From NCBI GenBank assembly GCA_910578385.1, contig CAJTQV010000008.1, positions 21,271 through 85,270 of the forward strand: a stretch of DNA of 64,000 nucleotides, given 5' to 3'. Origin of the DNA: an uncultured Muribaculaceae bacterium. GTDB taxonomy: Bacteria > Bacteroidota > Bacteroidia > Bacteroidales > Muribaculaceae. Each line of letters begins with the position of its first letter. Position 1 is the first letter of the stretch. Of the stretch, positions 51,501 to 60,357 are shown piece after piece. The notes beneath the pieces were generated by a model. That model searched no databases, was not told the origin of the DNA, and saw nothing but the letters and a program-made list of their open reading frames with translations. The translations under genes and the position numbers were made by a program.

Positions 51501-51708
51501 CACCGGAGCCGGTGCCAACTCACGTATCGAGTTGGGCACGGCGGTGGTGTTCGGCATGATTGTCAACGCTATCATCGGCACGACATGCGTGCCGGCCTTC
51601 TGGGTCGTGATGCAGCGGCTTCAGGAGAAGTTGCGGGGACGGCGAACCAATGCCGCCGACAACAAGGCTGTGCCGGTAGCGGCATCCGACAGCGCGAACG
51701 AGGTGTGA
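48541..51708 (+). CDS. RND efflux permease (AcrB/HAE1 family)
   Basis: FFIKRPIFA, AQYPDITPP, IVVDDAIVVVE, AKNAILIVE, RFRPIMMT. Confidence 0.95.
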   Translation: MFSQFFIKRPIFATVIAILMVIAGALCVFTLPIAQYPDITPPTVSVSASYPGANAKTVAQAVGVPIEAQVNGVEGMLYMSSSSSDGSYSLTITFENGTDVDQAAIDVQNRMSMVTATLPEAVTQQGVSVRKQSTNQVLFCTLESDDPERYDALYLANYAQLNLVDPLSRVDGVGDVGAFGAGEYSMRVWLDPVKMRARGVSPSDVSAAIQSQNMEVSAGSVGNPPGDSDTQFEFTLTSQGQLKSAEEFGNIIIRTDKTGILRLKDVARVELGSQSYDMVSRVNGKEVALLGISQLPGANALDVADGAIKELDRLSQYFPEGVHYSVVQNSTTYVRESLSDVFTTFLLTTLIVMVVILFFLQNWRAVVIPMITIPVSLIATFAVMKIMGFSLNTLTLFGLVLAIAIVVDDAIVVVEDCSRLVDKGTMTSRQAAVKAMNELTGPVVGEVLVLMAVFIPTAFISGITGQLYKQFALTIAVSTAFSGFNALTLTPALCALFLKPLKPTRNILYKGFNKGFKWTVNLYDKTIGKLLNHAGWTLGIYSAVAVIALIWFVNRPSSYLPEEDMGYFMASVQLPTGASIERTEKVVNAICDEIKKEVPQVKDVMSIVGFSMMGGGEASNMASINVMLVPWNKRGHDGGIDDVMAHVQEIASRHQEAVTFCLNPPAIAGLGLSSGLQMQLLDINSLGAQQMMKAIADIKDAAEKDPRIASVSSLYQGTVPQYEINIDRNRAEMQGVAVSDIYDVLGQYMGSNYVNDFVDFDRTFQVTMQADGASRANPDDVLKLSVRNSNGDMVPFSSFASMQETMGEQTVSRYNMYTTASVTATPAKGVSSSDGIKAMEEIVSDTLGQNYSYAWTGMAYQENQAGTTVSLVFIFAIIMTLLVLAAQYESWTDPIAVVLAMPIAVLGTLLGTMLMSQSISIYTQIGLILVLGMSAKNAILIVEYAMDFRKTGLPIVKSAHDAGVIRFRPIMMTALAFIFGVMPMLFSTGAGANSRIELGTAVVFGMIVNAIIGTTCVPAFWVVMQRLQEKLRGRRTNAADNKAVPVAASDSANEV

Positions 51709-52415
51709 AAGCCATCATCCGAGCGCAGCAGACGAACGGTCTCACCGTAGCGCCCCTCGCGCATGAAGGCCATCTCCAACCGGGCAACCTGAGTGGAGTC
51801 CATCTCTTCGAGGGTAAACCTGTTGAGAAGGAGATTCACGTAGCGCACGGTGTTGACATGACGGTAGAAGTCAAGGTCGCCGTATTTGAAAGTATATTCC
51901 ACGGCGGGAGTGGTGGCACGCAATGTCGATGCCGCGCACTCCCCCTCGAAATCCTCAGGCACAATCACAGCGTGCCGGCCGGGGCGTGCCATCGGGCACG
52001 CCTCGCCTGTTATCATGTCGGGAGCGAGCGAGAGGTGCGACAACCCGGCATTCTCGCGGGTCACGGTGTTGAGTACCATCCACACCGAGGTTGCATGACC
52101 CAACGGATTACCCTCTGCGTCGGCAATCCTGAAATTACGGACGGAGAAATGGCGGTTCCAGGACTCAATCCATGTTGACAGACGGTAGGTCTCGTTGACA
52201 CGCGGATAACGCTCCATCTCGATTGCAATCCGCGACAGCACCCAGCCACAGCCGAGCGACTCCATCGAGGGATTGCCTATGCCGAGCGAGTTTGCGTGTG
52301 CGGTAGCGATGTCGATAATCTTCGATGTCAGCAACGGCAACGCAATCTCCTGTTCAGCATTTGTTTCTCCGGCCGAAAGGAAGAATGTCTGTTCAAAAAC
52401 CGGTATGTTGCTCAT
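51621..52415 (-). CDS. Acyl-ACP thioesterase
   Basis: WVLSR, YP, TW, YGDLDFYRHVNTVRY (D-x-x-x-H-V-N motif). Confidence 0.85.
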   Translation of the reverse strand: MSNIPVFEQTFFLSAGETNAEQEIALPLLTSKIIDIATAHANSLGIGNPSMESLGCGWVLSRIAIEMERYPRVNETYRLSTWIESWNRHFSVRNFRIADAEGNPLGHATSVWMVLNTVTRENAGLSHLSLAPDMITGEACPMARPGRHAVIVPEDFEGECAASTLRATTPAVEYTFKYGDLDFYRHVNTVRYVNLLLNRFTLEEMDSTQVARLEMAFMREGRYGETVRLLRSDDGFHTSFALSDAATGTALLSAALVRRPRNFS

Positions 52416-52981
52416 TCTTCGTTGAGATATTTGAGAAGCTCCTTCGGTTCGAGACCGCGCGCCTCCGATGCCGGGAGCACAAGCTGACGGAAGTCAGTTA
52501 CGCAAGCACCGGGAATAATGGCCGCCTTGATTTCCTCGGGAGTAGGCACGGTCTTGAGAGCGCGATACTCATCGAAGGTGTACTTGGTGAACACCGAGCT
52601 CGCACCCAGCCCCTGACGGTTGAGCCACCATCCGTCGCCCACCTCCTGCGGCGCCGACTCATCAGTCAGGTCAGTGGGAGCCGGGAAATAGAGCAGTCTA
52701 CCATCCGGGCCGAGAGTTACAGCCACATTGTTGGCATAATCGCCGCTCATCTTGAAAAGAGTGGCTCTCATACGCGCCATATGCGGTTTCGAATTTTCGA
52801 TAGGCATATCCATCTTGACCGGAGCGTCGGGATCCTCACCGGCATCGGCACCGCCACCGGTCGTAGTGGTAGTGGTGGTAGTAGTAGTAACAGTCACCAT
52901 ATTCGACTTAGGCGAGCAAGAAGCCACCAATCCTGCAGCGACAACAGCCCAACAAGCCGACGACAAAAAACACTTCTTCAT
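52412..52981 (-). CDS. Hypothetical lipoprotein with a poly-Thr linker
   Basis: MKKCFL...LVASC lipobox, T10 tract, YFPAPTDL, WWLNRQG. Confidence 0.7.
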   Translation of the reverse strand: MKKCFLSSACWAVVAAGLVASCSPKSNMVTVTTTTTTTTTTGGGADAGEDPDAPVKMDMPIENSKPHMARMRATLFKMSGDYANNVAVTLGPDGRLLYFPAPTDLTDESAPQEVGDGWWLNRQGLGASSVFTKYTFDEYRALKTVPTPEEIKAAIIPGACVTDFRQLVLPASEARGLEPKELLKYLNEE

Positions 52982-53201
52982 AACTATAAAATTTAACAGA
53001 TTACAAAATAAGCACAAAAATCCGAAAAACGAAAACAAAATTAAAAAACAACACCTCTCCGAGCCCTCATGCCCCCGGGTCATACAGACCCGGGCACCCT
53101 CTGCCCCACAATCTTCAGACCCACAAAACAGGTAAAACCCGCAGGTTTTACCCACACAACCAACGACGCGCGAACCAATCTCAAACTAAAATAGCACCTA
53201 A

Positions 53202-53289
53202 CCAAAACCGAACCAAAATCTGACCAAAATCTGGCCAAAATCTGACTGAGACCTGACTGAGACCTGACTGAAATCTGACTGAAATCAAG
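53202..53289. repeat. Degenerate 11-bp tandem repeat, about 8 units
   Basis: ccaaaaccgaa ccaaaatctga ccaaaatctgg ccaaaatctga ctgagacctga ctgagacctga ctgaaatctga ctgaaatcaag. Confidence 0.85.
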
Positions 53290-53404
53290 CAAATCGAATG
53301 GGGACCGTCGCGGTTGAGTGGCGGAAGCCTGCGGGCTTCTGCCCTTATCTCGGGCTTCTGCTGAGTCACTGAGCGAACCCGCACCGGCACCGGGTGAGCT
53401 TTCA

Positions 53405-54460
53405 TCAGCTCTTGGTTAGATAAAACTTCTTCGCAGCGGCCGTCTCGACGATATGGGCCGCCACCCTATTAAGGTGCGAAGCCTTTCGGTAGTGCATCTC
53501 CTCCCGGCGGGTTGAAATTCCCGACTCGGCCATAACCAATAACCGGCCTTCGGCACATAGTTCAAACTCGCGGCCTGACGGTTTCCATCTCTCCCCGAAC
53601 CCGCGGTCTGTTATCCGTATCACTCTCCCACCTCTTTCTATCGCCTCGTGCATGATTTTCCTTTCCTTAGGAGATATAAAGGGTGAAATCAATACTCCCC
53701 CGGCTGTAACATGCCGGCGGCACTCCTCCTCAAATCGGAGAACCTGGTCATCCGTCCAGAAAGAACGTACATGAACCTGTTTCAACGACTGTCGCAATAA
53801 AAATATGTTGCCGACACAATCCATCCTGACTATCGGATTCTTTTCAACCTTCAGGTCTTTGTACGCATCATTATTGTTTCCGAACCTGATGCCTGAACGG
53901 CGTGTGAAAAGATCCGGATGCAGTTTCTTTATCAAGTAGCGGCGTGGATTATCTGCAATATAATTATAAAGAATGTCCAATTGTCCCGCTCCATAAAGAA
54001 TCCTGTCATTGATACCCTCCAGATCAAAGGCCGAAGCAGAGGGCTGAATCAATCCACATCTGCGGCAATTCAAAGTGGTGGCAGACAGTATCTGAGCCAC
54101 GATTTTAGTTACGGGATAGTTCAGCCTTGTCAACACCTCAAGCATAATATGAACATGATCAGGCATAATCATGAGCTGACGTATTCTGATCTGTGTTGGC
54201 CGCATTTTAGGTGTCTTAAGTATCTCTTCAGCAAGAATCCGACCTATTTCCGAATGCACCACACGCGGAACATCTCTACCGGACAGCATCCGTGGATTTC
54301 CCTCTATTCGGCTGAAAGGGGGAATATCAGGATTCTTTTTGACCGTGAACATGTATATTGCCGGCTCGCAATAGTCGTGGAAGGAAGCCCGACGGTTCTG
54401 ACTCGGCTTAGTACCATCGAGTGGACCGGTGTAGCCTCTGTCTTCAGCAGTCTTGGTCAT
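53405..54460 (-). mobile_element. RAYT/IS200-like Y1 HUH transposase with an extra C-terminal domain
   Basis: RR..HDY....YMFT, IMPDHVHI (HUH), DRIL, YIADNP; ~150 aa additional alpha/beta C-terminus. Confidence 0.78.
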
Positions 54461-54495
54461 TATTTCTGAAGCGTTAGATAGTTGTTAAAAAGTAT

Positions 54496-54526
54496 AAAAA
54501 GCGGATGGTCATGGCATCCGCTTTTT
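54496..54526. terminator. Intrinsic terminator of the left paralogue
   Basis: aaaaagcggatg-gtcatgg-catccgcttttt. Confidence 0.8.
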
Positions 54527-54591
54527 AATAGGAACAGTTGGATTTTTTACAGGAACAGTTGGATTCCTTTTGACTTTCTGAGTGCTTCAGC

Positions 54592-55827
54592 TTATTTACG
54601 TACGACAGTCTTGGAAACCTTGTTGCCTTCCTTGACGATTATAACCTGACCGGCCTCGGGATTAGCGACCTCAACACCCTGAAGGTTGAAGTAACGCTTA
54701 GCAACGTTATCAGCATCGTTGTAGATACCGTCAACTCCGACAGTCTCAGGAATTGTGAACTTATATGTCGCATCCTCAACATTATTCCACATTAGAGTGC
54801 CGAAGGGATTCTCAGTTGTAGCGAAATTGATGTTCTGCAGTATCACAACGTGTTTTGCTGCATCGTACTTAGAAGGAGTAAGTTTTCTATCTGCAAACTC
54901 ATCTGCGGCTTCTTCTACAGACATACCGTCATTAAACACCCGCATTCCTTCGATATTCTGGAAGTAAATTTCCTCGGGAAGACCACCTTCCGACATAGGC
55001 AACCAAAGACCACTACCTGTTAGAGGTCGCATCCATACGAAGTCAGGATTCTCAATACTGAATACAATGTATCCTTCGCTTTCCGGCTCTTTATTTAAAT
55101 CCAACCACGCGCTTGTAGAATAGGGATTTTTCACAGCATAGAGTGCCTTCTTCGATTTATTCCTGTAAATGTCAAGTTCAACAATATCGTTGTTACTGTC
55201 TTCTTTCATCAGCTGAGTGCAAACACCCTCCGTAAATAAAGACTTGCCCGCATAGTCCCACTCTGACGGATTGAATGTGAAATAGTCAGGGAACACAAAT
55301 TTCACGTTCTCCATTGCAGCAAGATAACTCGTTTTATCATCTATACGGCACCCCAACAGAATCCGCACATCTTCCGGAAACTCGATTGTTCCTTCAGTTG
55401 TAACTCTGGCAATTGCGGTGTCGGCATCTACCCACGTTGCGGACTCTGAATCGAGTTTGCTTATGAATAATGAAACTTCTGCATACACATCGGGACTTAG
55501 TGATAAATTACCCACACCAAGATTAGCATTATCAGCAACCTTCAGCATGAGTGTCTGGGTACCGGTATCTACCGTTCCAACGAGAGGTCTGAGCGACATG
55601 CTACTGTAGCTTTCACTCCATGGGCTGAGTGAAATCATCACCTTTGTCTCATCTTCTGCTTCGACTTTCGCTGTCACATCATCGTAGACGGGAGTACCAT
55701 CCGGGGAGACGACACATGGTTCATACTCGACTACGTAGGTATTTTCAATATCACGCGCCGATGAGAATGCCGAAGCCGAAGCTACGACCGCAAGCAAGCC
55801 GGCAAATAAGAAGTAAATTTTCTTCAT
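54592..55827 (-). CDS. Secreted hypothetical protein with T9SS-like tail (paralogue A)
   Basis: Signal peptide MKKIYF...ASA; GVDGIY..YFNLQGVEVANP tail; TATATTTG at 55894-55901. Confidence 0.8.
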   Translation of the reverse strand: MKKIYFLFAGLLAVVASASAFSSARDIENTYVVEYEPCVVSPDGTPVYDDVTAKVEAEDETKVMISLSPWSESYSSMSLRPLVGTVDTGTQTLMLKVADNANLGVGNLSLSPDVYAEVSLFISKLDSESATWVDADTAIARVTTEGTIEFPEDVRILLGCRIDDKTSYLAAMENVKFVFPDYFTFNPSEWDYAGKSLFTEGVCTQLMKEDSNNDIVELDIYRNKSKKALYAVKNPYSTSAWLDLNKEPESEGYIVFSIENPDFVWMRPLTGSGLWLPMSEGGLPEEIYFQNIEGMRVFNDGMSVEEAADEFADRKLTPSKYDAAKHVVILQNINFATTENPFGTLMWNNVEDATYKFTIPETVGVDGIYNDADNVAKRYFNLQGVEVANPEAGQVIIVKEGNKVSKTVVRK

Positions 55828-55979
55828 ATTTTCAATTTTAAAGTAAAACATCAATTTATATAACACAATCCAAGTCAACACTCAATATATGCGCAAATAT
55901 AAACAAAAAAAATATAGAATATCCCAAACATTTTAAAGAATTTATTTATAAGCAAGTAGTCAAAGGGTATTCAATGAAA

Positions 55980-56006
55980 AAAGCGGATGCCGATGGCATC
56001 CGCTTT
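55980..56006 (-). terminator. Intrinsic terminator of the right paralogue
   Basis: aaagcggatgcc-gat-ggcatccgcttt. Confidence 0.8.
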
Positions 56007-56055
56007 GTATCAGGAACCCGAGGGTTCCTTTTGTATTTCTGATTGTATATGCTGA

Positions 56056-57396
56056 TTAGCGTACGATAGTCTTAGAAGTCTTGTTGCCTTCCTTAACGAT
56101 TACAACCTGGCCAGCCTCGGGGTTAGCAATCTCAACACCCTGGAGGTTGAAGTAACGCTTAGCCACGTTCTCTGAGTCGGTGTAGATACCATCTACTCCT
56201 GTACCATCAGGAATTGTGAACTTGTAGGTTGCATTCTCCACTGCATTCCACATGAGTGTGTTAAAGGGGTTTTCAGTGGTACCGAAGTAGATATTCTCAA
56301 GATTTACTGTGCGGTTAGCAGCATTGTACTTTGAAGGAGTAAGCTTTCTCTCAGCAAACTCTTTAGCAGCCTCTGCCACAGTCATACCCTCGTTAAATAC
56401 CCACATACCTTCGATATTGTGGAAGTAGATTTCTTGAGGGAAACCATCTTGTGTCACTGTCATCCACAGACCGCTGCCGGTGAGAGGACGCATACATACG
56501 AAGTCAGGATTCTCGATATTGAACACGATGTAACCCCCTACTGTAGGATCCTCATTGACCAGAGCCCAGTCACCTGTGCTATAGGGATTCTTGGCTGCGT
56601 AGAGACCGGCATTAGCCTTATTCTGATACATGTCTACCTTAACAGGGGCAATCTCGTAACCCTCGTCCATAATACCGTTGACGATACCCTCAGTGAAAGT
56701 TGATTCACCGACATAGTTCCACTCTGATTCTTTGAATGTGAAGTAGTCGGGATAAACCAGCTTCAGACCCGTCATACCGCCGAGCCAACCCCTCTCACCA
56801 TCCATATCAACACCGATATAAATTGTTGTAGTCTCGGGGAACTCGATTGTTCCGTCAGCGTTGATTGTACCTGTCACAGATTCTGCATCTACCCACTGCT
56901 GCTGATCCAGATTCATCTCCATGAGGACAAGAGAGATTTCATAGTCAACGGTGGTGCCGTTCGGGGTATATTTACCGATTCCCTGATTGTCCTCCGCTGC
57001 TATGGTGATTTTAGAAGCACTCAGATCCACAGTAGCAAGAAGCGGATCCATTTCCACGTTGCTGTATTTTGTAGCCCAGGGATTCATGGTGATAAGAACC
57101 AGGTCCACGTCAGCAGCCTCGATTATCGCGTCTACAGCGTCATAGACAGGTTCTCCCGTCTGAGAATTATTCAGTGCCGGGTCGTATTCACCGACATACA
57201 CACCTTCGATTTCCTCTGCCGATGCGATACGGGCCGGACCTGCTTTTGCAACCTTAGATGCAGCGTCTTTTACCTGTACTGTCTTTACGGGCTCTCCTAC
57301 GAGAGTTGCTGTTTTTTTCATCTGCACTGTCTCGAAAGCTGATGCAGAAGCAACCACTGCCATTGAAAGGGCAAGTGTTGAGTAGAACTTTTTCAT
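56056..57396 (-). CDS. Secreted hypothetical protein with T9SS-like tail (paralogue B)
   Basis: Signal peptide; aligns by eye with paralogue A; promoter TTTG-20-TAAATTTG at 57471-57502. Confidence 0.82.
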   Translation of the reverse strand: MKKFYSTLALSMAVVASASAFETVQMKKTATLVGEPVKTVQVKDAASKVAKAGPARIASAEEIEGVYVGEYDPALNNSQTGEPVYDAVDAIIEAADVDLVLITMNPWATKYSNVEMDPLLATVDLSASKITIAAEDNQGIGKYTPNGTTVDYEISLVLMEMNLDQQQWVDAESVTGTINADGTIEFPETTTIYIGVDMDGERGWLGGMTGLKLVYPDYFTFKESEWNYVGESTFTEGIVNGIMDEGYEIAPVKVDMYQNKANAGLYAAKNPYSTGDWALVNEDPTVGGYIVFNIENPDFVCMRPLTGSGLWMTVTQDGFPQEIYFHNIEGMWVFNEGMTVAEAAKEFAERKLTPSKYNAANRTVNLENIYFGTTENPFNTLMWNAVENATYKFTIPDGTGVDGIYTDSENVAKRYFNLQGVEIANPEAGQVVIVKEGNKTSKTIVR

Positions 57397-57573
57397 ACTT
57401 CTTTTATTAAATTAAACATTGAAATTTCTTTGGAAAGAATGCTGAATGCGGATTCTTTTAGATTCGGCTACAAATTTAAAAAAAATTTTCTATTATCCCA
57501 AAAAAAATTTTAAAAATATAATCTGTGTAGGAACGATTCCTCTTTTAAGACCAGACTTTGAATGAGATAAAAT

Positions 57574-57608
57574 ATAAGGAGGTAGCCGAAATTGAGCCAC
57601 CTCCTTAT
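57574..57608 (-). terminator. Terminator after the C10 peptidase
   Basis: ataaggaggt...acctccttat stem with A/T-rich flank. Confidence 0.7.
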
Positions 57609-57627
57609 TTTAACTGCTTGTATTGGT

Positions 57628-60063
57628 TTAGCGTACAATCACTTTATCAGTTTTCGCACCTATGCGGCGGATGAGAACCTGACCGGGCTGAGGATCAGTG
57701 ATCTTGACACCCTGCAAATTATAATACTCCGTTTTCTCCTCATTCTCCTCAACGCCGATACCATCAACTCCGCTTGAATCGATAACAAAATATATCGGTG
57801 ATCCGAGGTTGAGCCATGATGAAGCCTTCGTGTATCTTGCCACGATAGCATAGAGTGCTCCTGCCTCTGCCTCAGGGAAGCTGACATTCACTACATTCTC
57901 ACTGTTGTCACCCCTCTCCATGAAAAGAGCTTCCTGGAATATCTGGTCAGCAGATGTGAGAGGAATCAAGGTCGATGCTTTCTCCGAATCAACCTGGAGG
58001 ATTGACAGCTTGGCATAACCTGAGAAATATCCTGCACGTACACTGAAATTGAAGTTAACATCAAAATCGGAAGGTTTGTTTACAACATAAGCATTGAAGG
58101 TCGAACCGGCATAATCTACTGATTCTACCTGGGCATCAGCAATATCAAGTTTTTTCAACGTCAACGAGAATGTCGAAGGGGCACTCTCCATTGTATAGGT
58201 ACCGAAGTTGCCAAAAGAGGTATTTGTTTCAGGATCAGATATGTTGAGTGTGAATTCCGAAGGTGAAGTAAACTTATATCCGTCGGCAGGAGAGAACTTC
58301 ACAATCAGTTCATGTTCCACTGTCTGGTCAGGACCGACCGTGAGAAGAGAGTTCGACCCTGTCATAACCACAGTGGTTCCGTCAAGAAGACGCGGCACAA
58401 TACCCTGGGTCAGCTCTACGTCAGAATTGTTCTCAACCTTTATTTTGAGAAGAATAGGTGTATTATAATAGAACTTTGAGGCAACCTCCACATCAACAAT
58501 CTTGAGATTTTTCTGCTCCGGCCGCGTAATGGTGTAGCTGTCGTTTGACCGATTCAGATAGACGTAGTTGCTATACCCCCACGGAACCAGGATTTCCTCC
58601 CAGTCACCATCTGTAGTCTTGAACATCATGGTGACCTTGTATTCCCCGTTCTCCAGCTCAGGCAGCGCTGCCACAACTCTTGAAGAGGGAGCGGTACCGG
58701 TACTGTACGCGGGAACCACACTGACGCTTTCTTTTGAGCCGATAAGAGCCGGAACAATCACAGGAGAGGCTGTGGAACCAATTCGGGCGAATGAGATTCC
58801 AAATGACCCTTCCACGATGTTGTCGCAATAGTTTGCATATCCACGCGGAGTATAATCGGCCATGCTCGCGGAGAAATTACCACCGACTATTTCACCGGTC
58901 AAATTACCCAGCTGAGTAAGATTAAGTTTGTATGAAGATGGTTTTCCCGTTTTTGGCTGAATGCCGAATATGGCGTTCTGACCGAAGTTAAATCCACCAC
59001 CATAGCCACCGATTCCCATTGACTCGGGGTTCAGAGCATCGAGCGAGTAGTAACCGTCGGAAACGCCACTCCATCCCCAGTTGAAATGGAAGTATCCCTT
59101 TCCGTCATAACCGTCGCAGACAAAAGAGTGACCCATGTCTCCGGGATCCCGGCCATTTATGATTACAGGACCGACATTTTTAAGGTTGTCATATATCATC
59201 TGAGTCCAGTCACTCATCGAATAGAGAAGGCGGTACTCAGAACGGCAGTCACCATCGTAGTCGAAATACGTGCGGAGCGCACGGCCGATTGTGAAACCCG
59301 ACGCGCCTGAAGCATCAAGACCGTAGCTCATGCTCACGGAATATCCACAGGCAACCATCAGGTCAGCCACAGCCTTGGCTTGCGCGCTGTTGTAGGTTCC
59401 GGGAAGATAACTGTCGAGCATGTTATCCCAATCGAATTTCAATTCGGCAAGATCCTGCGAGATACTTACACCCAGCTTGGACGCATAATAATTGATAGTG
59501 CCGGTGCCATGTTCGGGATATTTGAAATAGTTCATCACCTGTGCCATCGAGGTCGCCACACAGCCGGTATAGGCATGCTGTGTGCCATCTTTGGGTGTAG
59601 GACAGGAATCGTTATATGGCGTGCCCTGATCCCAGGTGGTTTTCATGAGCGGTGTGATTGCAGCCAGTCCGTCCGGGGCAAGCGGGGCTGATGCTGAGCC
59701 TGCGCCCTGCGAAACAGCCCATTCAATCTGGCGCGACAGTTCGGAAAGCCACCATTTCATATTGTCCGGAATATTCTCGGCATCGAAAGTACCGGTATCA
59801 CTGTAACCGAGCACAGGGAAAGCCACATCATCTGCCGAAAGGATTGCGAAACCCTTGTTGTCTCCGGTTGTGAATACGTAGGCTGCAGCCTGGTTTGCAT
59901 CAGTCCTGACAGTATAAACCGGATTCTTGACATAGTTAACAGCAGCAACCTTGTTAGGGCCGCCACCGGCAACACGTGCCAAAGCCTCGGCCGGAGAGAG
60001 CGGCGCAGCCGAAACTGATCCGGCAGCAAGTAACCCGGCGAGTAATACAACCAATTTTTTCAT
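57628..60063 (-). CDS. Streptopain-family (C10) cysteine peptidase with propeptide, C-terminal beta domains and T9SS-like tail
   Basis: VLGYS propeptide, WDQGTPYN, TGCVATSMAQ, GHSFVCDGY, FHFNWGW, YYNLQGV. Confidence 0.9.
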   Translation of the reverse strand: MKKLVVLLAGLLAAGSVSAAPLSPAEALARVAGGGPNKVAAVNYVKNPVYTVRTDANQAAAYVFTTGDNKGFAILSADDVAFPVLGYSDTGTFDAENIPDNMKWWLSELSRQIEWAVSQGAGSASAPLAPDGLAAITPLMKTTWDQGTPYNDSCPTPKDGTQHAYTGCVATSMAQVMNYFKYPEHGTGTINYYASKLGVSISQDLAELKFDWDNMLDSYLPGTYNSAQAKAVADLMVACGYSVSMSYGLDASGASGFTIGRALRTYFDYDGDCRSEYRLLYSMSDWTQMIYDNLKNVGPVIINGRDPGDMGHSFVCDGYDGKGYFHFNWGWSGVSDGYYSLDALNPESMGIGGYGGGFNFGQNAIFGIQPKTGKPSSYKLNLTQLGNLTGEIVGGNFSASMADYTPRGYANYCDNIVEGSFGISFARIGSTASPVIVPALIGSKESVSVVPAYSTGTAPSSRVVAALPELENGEYKVTMMFKTTDGDWEEILVPWGYSNYVYLNRSNDSYTITRPEQKNLKIVDVEVASKFYYNTPILLKIKVENNSDVELTQGIVPRLLDGTTVVMTGSNSLLTVGPDQTVEHELIVKFSPADGYKFTSPSEFTLNISDPETNTSFGNFGTYTMESAPSTFSLTLKKLDIADAQVESVDYAGSTFNAYVVNKPSDFDVNFNFSVRAGYFSGYAKLSILQVDSEKASTLIPLTSADQIFQEALFMERGDNSENVVNVSFPEAEAGALYAIVARYTKASSWLNLGSPIYFVIDSSGVDGIGVEENEEKTEYYNLQGVKITDPQPGQVLIRRIGAKTDKVIVR

Positions 60064-60296
60064 AGGAATTAAGTATTATTTGATTCAATCTATAACATGC
60101 TGCAAAACATAAAATCAAAGAATGTAAAGAACTCTCAACGAGGTTAGGATTTTGTGCCCGATAAGCCATACGCACACTCCAAGAAATGTCTGATTGCAGT
60201 CATCTGCAAAGTAAATAATAAAAAGTGGAATTTGCAAATAAATCTTTCAAATCGCAGAGATTTAGCAAACAAATAAAATGGACTCATATCAAACGC

Positions 60297-60330
60297 AAGG
60301 TGCGCCGCGATCAGAATCACGGCGCACCTT
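60297..60330 (-). terminator. Hairpin after the susCD-lipoprotein unit
   Basis: aaggtgcgccg...cggcgcacctt. Confidence 0.6.
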
Positions 60331-60357
60331 TATACAGTTGGATTGATTATCGGATGA

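Noticed and set aside
53202..53289. CRISPR-like array
   Set aside because: The units are 11 bp, contiguous and spacerless, and there are no cas genes.
53080..53405. Short ORFs 53080-53292 and 53181-53405
   Set aside because: Translations of the tandem repeat region with no coding features.
54592..57396. Diversity-generating retroelement or shufflon behind the near-identical 3' ends
   Set aside because: No reverse transcriptase or invertase, and both copies are full genes in the same orientation.
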